From: Nemertoderma westbladi
Taxonomy: Eukaryota > Animalia > Xenacoelomorpha
Assembly: GCA_032718475.1 (NCBI GenBank)
Contig: JAUCBJ010004493.1
Span: 1-64,000, forward strand
DNA length: 64,000 bases
Direction: 5' to 3'
A program made the translations under genes and the position numbers. The notes under the pieces are model-generated. The model searched no databases, was not told where the DNA came from, and worked only from the letters and a program-made list of their open reading frames with translations. Of this stretch, positions 53,540 through 64,000 are shown piece after piece; position 1 is the stretch's first letter, and each line of letters starts with the position of its first letter.

Positions 53540-53773
53540 CAAGCAAGCAAACAGTCGGCCGAAGCCGGAGGCGACCCGAAGGCTCCTCTTTCGATAGCTG
53601 CTACCCGAGGGTAGGGGTGGGCGCTACAACTATCCCAAGATTTGCTCCCAGTTATTTAACTGGTACTCATTTTATCGACCCCAGTGGATGAAAGGCTGAG
53701 TGGACCCTGGCGGGGCTAAACCTACAACCAATAGATTGCAGGCCCGGCGCTCTACCAACTGAGCTACCCCGCC
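53540..53773 (-). mobile_element. tRNA-derived SINE with a conserved central core (Meta/Nin-type) and a LINE-like tail
   Basis: Head GGCGGGGTAGCTCAGTTGGTAGAGCG, core CTCAGCCTTTCATCC..GGGGTCGATAAAATGAGTACC, tail GAAAGAGGAGCCTTCGGGTCGCC..(GCTT)n. A second tail fragment lies at about 62830-62900. Confidence 0.85.
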
Positions 53774-56700
53774 TTTCATTTATATTATCTATATAATATA
53801 TATATCATTTATAAGTCGTCATAATAAGGTCTCGTATCATGTTATACATGAAATACCTGAGGGAAAGCTAAAGTTAAAGTTAAACTCCAATATCAGAAAC
53901 CGGTTTCCATATACCATATACTAATAAAAATAATGCTATATATATGTGTTCAGATTTACAACTGTGTAAAATGTTAGGAAGAAGAAATCTATTGATACTA
54001 TGAGTTATATTTTATTCAACCCAATCCAGCAGGGCTTGTCAAACATTAATTTATCTTAATCTTAACAACTGCTAATTCTAAACCTCAGTTGATGGCATTG
54101 AAGATACTGTTCAATTTCTAGGCTTTGTAACAAATGCACCTTTTGTCTGTCTGTACCCACATAAATTCTCAATGCAGAAGAAACTGACAACAGTTATTAT
54201 ACCCTGTAATCATGTGTCATAGGGAATATAGTCCACACCTGGGTGTGAATAATGATAAGATAACACAGAATTTTGAATGTGGAACTGGGGAACTGTTGCA
54301 TTGTAAGGACTCGACATTCTACCGCCTACCTACCTAGCTTCGAGCTCTTCCTAGAAGTATCTCTCAATAACAATCTTATCACCTGTTTCATTCATTTTTA
54401 GACAACAATGTTTAATGTTCCTGCCAATGTCGAAACTGCCATATGGAATAAGATTATACCGGGAATTTACAATTATATGTTCGGTATTTGGTTTCATTTT
54501 AAAATTGGTTAGCAATATTAGCATAACTCTTAGAGAGGAGAGTATAACGTGGAGGATCTATTAGTGATTCGGATTAATATCATTCCAATTAACGTCCTTC
54601 ACCTCATTTATGAGTGGAATTGCGCAGAGGTTTACGGGCATTGTGATGGGTGTAGGTATAGACTACGTACGTGTTGATAATATACCATGACAATGAACTA
54701 CCATCCATTAATTACATACATTTAGAGGTCACAAAGAAGGCCAGTAATTTCTTTATGAATGCATGCATAATACAATCTAGGGTGTCTTTCCATAATGGAG
54801 GTTCAAAAGCATTGACAATCGGAACGTGACATGGATACACAGTAATGCGTTTTACAAAAGGTAACAAACAGATCTACCATGTACAATTTTCTAACTTATG
54901 CACGTTTTTGCGTTCATATTTGCACATGCACATTCTACCAGCACTCAAGTATTATACTTGCAAATGAATGAAAGGCGTAGGTAATACAGCTCTAAATGCA
55001 ACACTAACCCTTATTAACCCTTCAAACATCCCCCTCTATCTGGTGGACTAAATTCCATTCTACAGGTGCCAACTAAATTTTACTATTTCTTACCGCTAAT
55101 TGGTATTGTTAGGCGCTGCCTGATTAAATATTGACAAGAGCTAGTGATACTTCCTGACTTAAAGAAATTCCTGATAACAATTGCTATCAACTTTATCACC
55201 ATGTCTCCCTATATTACTGGTATCGCACTTCCTAATTAGGCGTGTGGCAGGCAGGATGGCGGTATAGTGGCCTGATTTCGATGCTTCTGCACGGCAACTA
55301 GAATTGGCAGAGTTCACGTAAAACATCCGTCGCAGGGCTGCTGACAAAAAACGTCAGGATTGAAAGGTCCAAACAAATTTAATTTATATTCACTTCCGTG
55401 GGATGACATGGATTGCTACTGTGTTTCGGTCTCCCGCGAATCCCACATTTGAATGGATCGTTAATGATGTACTAACTTAATAAATCGACTTGCTGGAATT
55501 ATTTAGTGTATCTTTCCTTACTCCCTCCACTCCGTATGCTTATATTTACTGGGCGGGAAGTTGATTTCATTGAAGCACGAAGCGCTCTCAACATAGCCCA
55601 ATGTTTTAGCTTATCCTGCCTCATCGACCGTATCATATAAATATTTAGTAGTTTTTCGTTTTCCTTATAAAAGTAAAGTAAAGTTGTATTCGGCCGTTTC
55701 GTCAAGGTTTAGGCACAAAGTCTGACGACTAATTCCCAGGACCAGCCTTGTAGATTACATCCAAGATAGAAGAGCTTCCAGTGTTCACGTTCATTTTACT
55801 ACACTTTACTAATCATATAGATATTTAGATATTTTGGTAAAACGTTGACTTCACAGCTCTACATAGACAGACTTCTAACTTTACAATGACTTGAAATTGC
55901 TCTACTGTTGTTGCATGAACCTCGCAAAAATAACCATTTATATTATAGTCAATTTATTTTTTACACTAGACTAGGTAACAGTAAAACCACCCTCTGGGAA
56001 ATAAATTATTTCGCATGGAATTGAGTTCTACACATTTCGTGAAATTCGTAGGTAATATATAGGTAACAATAGGTATATAGGTAATAATAATACCTAGCAT
56101 ATTGATTACTGTTACATTTTCTGACATAATATTACAGTTTGGGGGCTCCACTTGAACCAAGCAAAATTACCATATCAGCGAAAAATTTCCATCACATCTA
56201 TTTTGGTCAGTGAAATAGTTCCCATTATGTACATTTATGATGGAATATAATTAACAACTATATAATTAATTCTTAATAATTCATGACAAATAAAATAGTT
56301 ATTGGAGACTGCGAGTCTCTGTCATCTAATTGATAACAAATTTATATAATTTTTGTTCGATATCCATTACAATTTCAAATAATAAGAATAAATTCGAATA
56401 GTAACAGCCAATTTATTAAATATATTGAAAATCATTTACTCGCGTTGCATCCTGACCTACTCCGTGATTCATCGTTATATAATATAGTTCGAACTCGGAC
56501 TAGGTTTCGAGATAGTCAAATTCTGCAAGGAGAATAAAAATCGAATTATCAATTTAACTTTACGATTGATTGCTTGTGGTCTCAATAGCGCTTACAAGTG
56601 ATTAATAGGCTGTTTAGGGATGTTGGGTATGAATGGGTAGTGCATTGCTATTCACTTCAGCCTCGAGACAAGATACTGACATTTTTAGGAAATAGTATCA

Positions 56701-56869
56701 CGTGGATACGGGTTTTACTATGGATTTAATGATTACTGTTGATTCAGACTCGCCTATATTGGAAGCAAACAAGATATGTCTAATATCTATCAATCTATAA
56801 TCGACATGCTTCATTGAGATTTCTATAACGGCTTAACAAAAAATTGTGAATTTTGTAAGACAAACACAA

Positions 56870-57110
56870 TCTGCATGCTATTTTGTGGCGGCATTAAGAA
56901 TGCTTTACGGCTTATCGAAAAAGTTGAAGTTTCACCGCCACAACTCCATATCACCCATGACTTTCGCGAGATTATTCGCATCTTGCCGTGTGTGTCATAA
57001 CAGGAGTCTCAAAATTGTCACGGACTGTCCTCAGTGCGTATTCTCTCTCTGTGGTTGCCAAAGCACAAAGATTGTGCACAGGCCGGCTATTTCTTATCCA
57101 GTTGCAAATT
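56870..57110 (-). mobile_element. Decayed 3' end of the RTE LINE family
   Basis: The reverse complement aligns to about 10070-10290 (AAAGTCATGGGTGATA.GGAGTTGTGGCGGTG). Confidence 0.75.
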
Positions 57111-60047
57111 ACAGTAGGCCTACTTGTTAATTCTTCAGATGTCGCAAACGCCATAATTATTGCCCCAAGACGACTGGGACTTGGCATTAAGACACATTTT
57201 GAAATTTAGGATATCGTTACACACCATAAAGAACGTTCTGACCCAGAAACGTATGTAATCACTTGATTAAACTTCCGGCTTGTTGGCCACGCAAAAGCTT
57301 TAGTTGTGCAGAGGAGAGAGTTAAACTTCCAGCCCCGTGGCTAGGATTAAATTGAGTCGCATTTCCGGAAGAAAGGCTACGTATAAAATGACTAATCTAT
57401 GAGAAGCGACTAAGCGAGAAAATTATATTTTCATTATTTAAACGCGAATGAAATGTCGAATTACTTTCAGAATGAGTAAATTATTTTTCTGGTTAAAATT
57501 AAATGGTGCTTTTCCCGAAAGCTCTTTAGAACCTCGATTCAGTCCAGATATATCCAAAGTATTTTGGTAAATATATGTTTCACAGGGAAATATGAATGTA
57601 AAATTCTTCCCTATGTCGCATGAACCACAACTACTCTATGATGCTTGCGCGGCTAAAATATTCCATTTGTTAGGTTTTTACAGGTTAGGAACTGTAGATA
57701 TTGTGCATTTCGGTCACTCCAATTGAATTCCTTTGAGATCAATTTATTCAGACAGTCTGTCTATCAATATTATTATTCTGCCCAGCTCAACAGCTTCAAG
57801 TGTAGCAATCTACATATTGGATCATTCATTATACCTTATAGCGGCTGTGCAACCTGAGCCTTGGAGAAGCAGAATGGCGAACCTAATCCCATCCCCCAAC
57901 GAGATAAAGGTAAGGTTCAACTCCAAGGGAATCTAAGATTAACAAGCGTTTTCCATTATTGCATTCGAGATGTGATTCACTAATTGTACGAAAAGTTATG
58001 GCGCCTCTTCCTCTTTCATCAGATAAAAGCAAATGGCCCAATTTACATGCAGCTGTGGATGAAGGGAATGCATTCTAGTAAAATGTTATCATCGTTATAA
58101 ATGTAATTGTTAAATTGGAAGGGATTGTCTATAAAATCATCAATTACCAATGTTACTTGGGAACCAAAAATACATCGCGTTTGCGATACAATACATTTGC
58201 GATATATTAAACAACACATTGATTATGTTTGTGTGTACACAGTGTAATTCGACTACAGTTCATGGAACGTTAAAAAAAGGCGTGTTTTAAATCATACATA
58301 AACAAAAATGTTGCCAATACTATGCTTCTGTCAATTGAATTTCCTGAATGGATCATATCAACTGTCAACCCACCTGGCAAATCATAACTTCCATATTCCA
58401 CATCCCAATCATTATAGCCGCAATAAAACCGTCACTGAACTCCCTTTCCATTGATTGCAAGATATATTCCCGATGGAGTATGGCCGTAAAAGTAATCAAC
58501 GTTATCGGAATCGCCACTCGCCTAACAATTCCGTTGCTCTATGGTGTCCCGGTGGGTACACTTGGAACTGTCGAGTAACATGCTTATGCTAACTCATCTG
58601 AATAACAGTCCTTCCGCCCTCTTCGGCTTTAAACCAAGTTTCCCTTGCTCTTGCATGTATTCTCTCTCTGGTGGACAAGCTGTCTGATTGCAAACATAAT
58701 TAATCTAACAAACTTTATAAGCCAGGTTCTTGGGCGCGGCACCGTTTACCTAAACAAGGGCCAGGAAGTTACTACTCATCCAAAATAATCTCATTCTGTA
58801 TAAATTTCGACATAAGGCCGACACTCTCACTAACAAACCATGCTGTCAATGAGAAAGGAATTGCTTTGGTTTCCAAGAACAGCCGTTTTCTGTACAAGTT
58901 TTACTTTGGTCTCTTGTTGTTCATGAATTCATTAATATTTACGAAAATGTAATGATAATACTGCCAAGGTTGCATTGCTAACTGCAACTTTAAGCCTAGA
59001 AGGTGTGCATTATGGTAGTCGAGAGGTTATATTATTGGCATAAATAAACATGTTTCAAGTACGCTTTCGCATGACTTGTTGTAGCTTCTATTGCACGCAA
59101 TTCACCGCTAATAGTCACTCAAATATCAAGAACTAACGCCTGGAAGCTGTTTTCCTAAATGTTTAACAGCTTTTAATTCTCTGAACACCCATTTAACAGA
59201 AGGTTTCAGAACTCATGCACATTGTTATCAGATATGATCTTTCATCATTCTCTCTCAAGGCTCAATATCAGGGGAAAAAACAAAAAACATCACATGTTAA
59301 TTTCATGTTTTATTGAACCAAAAACGCAAAAATCTTACATATATATATATCTCATCTGCTGATTTGAGATGACAATTCTAGCAGGGTGGCCAAGTTAATA
59401 TTTAGTGCATGCAAGCTTCACTCCTTCTTACAGTTCTCATATAAACATATATTGATTTTTTAATAATATTTTAATAAACTCACTTAGAACTGCTTTTCCA
59501 AGTCCCTATTGTTACCACTATATCGAATCAGCGATGGCCTTTATGATTCAGACATTAATCATACTGCATTCAATTCAATGAATGGGTAGCACAGTTCAGA
59601 AGTTCTTTCACCATTGGGTTTGTGCAACGATTGCCAATAATTCTACCAACCTCATTATTTAACTCATAATATTTTTGAACAATGCCGTGAATATTTCCAT
59701 AACATGGTGAAACTATCGCTAAAGCTAACCAATCGCATACTCACCATTTTCACAAAATAATTTTTCATGTCACATACTGTACGTCAGCAACATGGAAAAC
59801 AATAGTTATTCCAATAGTATCGGCTAAATATTGAAAATTCATATGATTATCGTTGAACTACAATGCCATACCTCCACATTTGAATGTTTTTAGCGTCTTC
59901 TAATTTTATTCGGAACAGTTTAAAAAAATAATCAAGCTGCATTACGCATATATTATTAGCTTTAAGAAATCTACGATTTGAGAAATTTTCATACTGCCAC
60001 AAAATTTACCTATAATTTAGTTTGTTATGTTCCGTAACAGGAGCCAA

Positions 60048-60510
60048 TGTGTGGCGATGGTCCACCTATATGTGGCGATGGTCCACCTATATGTGGCGAT
60101 GGTCCACCTATATGTGGCGATGGTCCACCTATATGTGGCGATGGTCCACCTATATGTGGCGATAGTCCACCTATATGTGGCGATGGTCCACCTATATGTG
60201 GCGATGGTCCACCTATATGTGGCGATGGTCCACCTATATGTGGCGATGGTCCACCTATATGTGGCGATGGTCCACCTATATGTGGCGATGGTCCACCTAT
60301 ATGTGGCGATAGTCCACCTATATGTGGCGATGGTCCACCTATATGTGGCGATGGTCCACCTATATGTGGCGATGGTCCACCTATATGTGGCGATGGTCCA
60401 CCTATATGTGGCGATGGTCCACCTATATGTGGCGATGGTCCACCTATATGTGGCAATGGTCCACCTATATGTGGCGATGGTCCATCTATATGTGGCGATG
60501 GTCCACCTAT
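60048..60510 (+). repeat. 21-bp minisatellite (ATATGTGGCGATGGTCCACCT)n, about 22 copies
   Basis: Seen directly. Confidence 0.97.
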
Positions 60511-61595
60511 ATCGAAATCATGTCGCATCCGAAGTGATACCGGTACTTAACTAAATCCATAAAACAATATCATATTCATGAGCGATTAATCAGCATTCGT
60601 TAAGTGAATCCTGTTATTAAAATCCACATTCTCTGTTATTATTTTCATCTCCAGAAGAAAATATTGTAGCAGTAGAAGGTGTAGTTTGACATTGAAGTAT
60701 TTAGTGGCCCTTATTGTTCTGTAGGATTTCAATAATGAACGTATCGGCGAAAGTTAAGTTTTGAGTCAAAAATTGTGTCGTTGTAGAAAACCCTTCTTAT
60801 CTCATTCCGATGGTAGTAGCATTGGATGGATCGTTGTGGGCAGTTTGCAGTAATGAATAGGGAGGCATTGGTTGGCGCTGCAATGAAGCTTGAAGAAATA
60901 GTATCCTGTTCCTGTTACCTTGTTGTTTTATGTCCTCGGGGTGACAACCTGATACCAGCTATCAATTTCCACCCTATTAAAGTAAGTTAATTAATTACGG
61001 ATTTAGTGGAGGTGAACGTCACATAATAATGGAGCAAACGCCCGCGTTGGATGCAATCTGAAATCCCTTTAGGGATTTATAGTATAGTTCTGGGGTGGGG
61101 GGGCACTGGAAATAATATTCAGACAGACTTTGTGCTGGTGGAATAGCTTTTGAATGGAATGGCTTTTTAGGTCCGCGTGTAAGTGTAACGAGTCTACCCG
61201 TTATATCTCATTTTCCATTTACTTTATTTTCTATGTACATTATTATTGTCCATACAATTTAATAATCCATAATGTCTATTGGGGGGGGGGGGGGGGGGGA
61301 AATACATTATTATGAATCACTTTGGACGACAAACTTAACTTGGGAAGTAATTAATGGGAAATTCTAATAGGAAGATTTTCGACTCAGTCGCTCTACACTG
61401 ATCTACGGTAACGGTACTCATTACATCAGTGAACCTGTAATTGCAGTTTCAATTCAAACCACACATAATGCAATGACGGGTGTTTTAAACAAGTCGTTTG
61501 TTTAATTAGAGACGAGTTCAGTAATTATTATAAAAGTGCTTTGAAATCCATGAAATATTGATATTGTAATAAGTTGTTCAGAAATGGAAAATATA

Positions 61596-61859
61596 TGAAG
61601 TATACCCTACTTTCTGCCGTTATATTTCACTTTGCAGTTACCCCCATGTGAAGAATCAGGTTTTCACCAAAAACACAAGTTACAGAAGGGCTGAATCTAA
61701 CCAAAACAATAAACGAATTAGTATATGTACTGGTTATAAGACAGAAATAAGCGCTATAAAACACTTAATAAAGATAAATTAAAAAAAAAAATCTTCATAT
61801 ATAAAATTCCAATAAAAAGTCGACCGAAAAGTGAAATCCTGGTATTCTTCACATGGGCG
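61596..61859 (+). mobile_element. MITE-like repeat, copy 2 of 11111-11378
   Basis: Reverse-complement homology over the full length. Confidence 0.75.
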
Positions 61860-61986
61860 CTGATTGTTGCGTTCTATTCTATTCTGTTTAAATCTCTATC
61901 CTGTTTATACGGAAAGTGAACTACTAAGAATGTGTTAACATTTTATGACTTTCGTTTCAGTATTTTATTCATTTATATTTACACAG

Positions 61987-62691
61987 CTTCATTCTATGGA
62001 AACAGTCATATATATTTGAACCGAACTTACAACGAAACTCAACTCTCAATATCCATTCAATTCCGGACAACACAAGAGAATGCGCTGCTCTTCACCGGAG
62101 CGGGCTGGTCGCTGGGCGACGACTATATTGTTCTGGAACTGCGTCGCGGCGCGATCGTGTGCCGTATTAACGCCGGGGAGGGGGAGGTCCGACTGCATAC
62201 CAAAGGCTCCCATCGCTACAACGACTTCCGTTGGCAACGAGCCGAAATCTCCCAGACGTACGAGGACGTCACCCTCCAGGTGAACGAAGACCGCCCGATA
62301 TCCGGGACTCTGATTGGTCCGGACACGGCGGTCGAACTCGATCGGGGGATATTCATTGGCGGAACGGGAGACAATCTCGTAAAGTCTCTCCGACATTCCG
62401 ATATAAATTACCGGGGTTGTATCGCTAAACTCACAATAAACGGCGAGGATGTCATTCAATCAGCTGAGACTGAATACCATAGCAACCCGGGTATGGTTAG
62501 TCACGTGACCTGGGATTGTAACCCCGAGATTTCTGGGTCTGGGGATGCTCCAATCAGCTTCGTGGAATTTACTTCACATTTGGCATTCCCACCATGGAAA
62601 CTAAAAGAACGCGGAACTGTTTCCATGACAATGAAAACCAATCGCAACTCTGGAATACTGTTGTTTGCATCCAATAGGAAAGCTAACCAAG
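61987..62691 (+). CDS. CSPG4: CSPG4/NG2-like exon 2: laminin G domain 1 and the start of laminin G domain 2
   Basis: CAG acceptor and GTAATG donor; 705 nt, phase 1 to 1. SFYGNSH..QFRTTQENALL..GIFIGGTG..YRGC..WDCNPEISGSGDAPISF..LAFPPW..GTVSMTMKT parallels the CSPG4 N-terminus. Confidence 0.88.
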
Positions 62692-62729
62692 GTAATGTAT
62701 ATTTCTTATGAATATTTATTTGTATAATA

Positions 62730-62800
62730 TAACAGTGTAACCAATAACAACAGTGTAACCAATAACAACAGTGTAACCAATAACAACAGTGTAACCAATA
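62730..62800 (+). repeat. 18-bp tandem repeat AACAGTGTAACCAATAAC x4
   Basis: Seen directly. Confidence 0.9.
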
Positions 62801-63264
62801 ATAAAGTACATTTGAAACACGAAACACTGTAGGCAACCCGAAGGCTCCTCTCTATTGGCTGTTACCTATAAGGCAGGGGAGACGCCACACTAACTCCCAA
62901 GGGTCAACACTCCGTAAATATCCAACCATTTTTTTACACCCCCAGCAGAAGCCAGGTTCCCATAATGCGTGTCCATAGTGGCGCGCAATTAAATTTGCAA
63001 TTAATTAATAATTGCAATTATAGTAGACCTAGTAGCATTAGCGTAATAATTAATAATGAAGAATAATTAAAGTAACACGAAATTTCTTTAAATCAACAAT
63101 ACCATCGAAGAATAATTAATTCATTACCACTTTATAAATAATTTGACTATAATGACTATAAAAGTGGTTCGGAAAATAACTATAATAAATATGCTAGTGT
63201 TTTGAGGGAAGATATTATTGATTAAACTTTAAGTCTAACTGATACTTCCGATTGCTTCCGGTAG

Positions 63265-63567
63265 GTTTTATAGCGATGGAATTACATCGCGGATCATTGC
63301 GAGTGTCTCTGAGTCGCGGTGACGGGATATTAATTTACGATATGAACATCCCGGTAAACGACCGGAAGTGGCATCACGTCAGGTTTCACGTGAATCCTCG
63401 TAGACTCAAGCTAGAGGTGGACAACACAACTCGGTCCATGGAATTCAACGAACAGGAGGTTAAAGCCAACAACTACCGGTTCCATCTCGACACTCATCTA
63501 ATGGTGGGCGGTGTTGGTGACGACTACAGAGTTCTAGGTATCCAACACCGGTTACCATCATTACAGG
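63265..63567 (+). CDS. CSPG4: CSPG4/NG2-like exon 3 (laminin G domain 2); the gene continues beyond the window
   Basis: TAG acceptor and GTGAGT donor; 303 nt, phase 1 to 1; GFIAMELHRGSLRV..VNDRKWHHV..LEVD..LMVGG. Confidence 0.88.
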
Positions 63568-64000
63568 GTGAGTGATTATAATCGCATTACAGCTACATGT
63601 TATAACTTACAGGTATTATAATAATGTTTAAATATAAAAGATGGATGCCATCTGGAATTCAGACCTCTCCAGACCTGAGACCTGGACACTGACGAAACCA
63701 CTTGAACAACGAATTGATGGTTGCTACACAAGACTACTAAGGGCAGCCCCAGACATCATCTGGAGACATATATAAATATATTTAATTATAGACTTGTGAT
63801 ATAAATCAATTCAAATGCAACACCAGAAAACTTTGTAAAACAAAATCAAAAGTCCTGCTAATACATGTTAAGCAAAAGTTACCAATAATTAAGTAGGATT
63901 GAGTAGGACAAACGCCGAGCTCTATGGTACTTTACCACCTGTATCAACCACCCTCCGTGGATGCATATTAAAATTCAGTGGGCCCTACTGGAGAAGTAAA

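Noticed and set aside
53705-53773. tRNA gene (Ala-like) on the minus strand
   Set aside because: The T-loop and stems are degenerate and it runs into a SINE core and tail, so it is a SINE head.
14892-60554. Repetitive ORFs at 14892, 21615, 24844-26236, 27716-28257, 45271 and 60025
   Set aside because: All arise from minisatellites lacking stop codons; they are not credible genes.
63686-63730. Hammerhead ribozyme candidate CTGACGA-AACCA...TGGTT
   Set aside because: The required GAAA after stem II is GCTA, and no convincing stems I or III were found.

Overview
Eukaryotic, AT-rich and very repeat-dense genomic DNA, most likely from a marine invertebrate animal (the species cannot be determined from the sequence). 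It holds two divergently transcribed spliced genes. The first is a complete 4-exon BHMT-like homocysteine S-methyltransferase on the minus strand (38769->24352, 347 aa). The second is the first three coding exons of a CSPG4/NG2 (kon-tiki)-like gene on the plus strand (signal-peptide exon 46926-46995, LamG exons 61987-62691 and 63265-63567). The rest is a mosaic of transposable elements: the 5' end of a Bel/Pao LTR element, a full-length decayed Gypsy element with non-canonical CG...CG LTR ends, several RTE LINE copies, a palindromic Academ-derived element, Helentron/HINE-like elements, SINEs, many MITEs with readable TIRs and TSDs (often nested), and about ten unrelated minisatellites. The most striking unexplained signals are (1) a bipartite motif with a fixed-length spacer (AAAGGAGCAGGTTACAG-N13-15-AACCAAAACAATAAAC) shared by MITEs with unrelated ends, (2) the CG...CG LTR termini with an apparent 3-bp TSD, (3) TA->TAnnn(n)TA excision footprints visible in paired repeat copies, and (4) minisatellites built from transposon termini. 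Family assignments come from remembered motifs and hand alignment, not from database searches.
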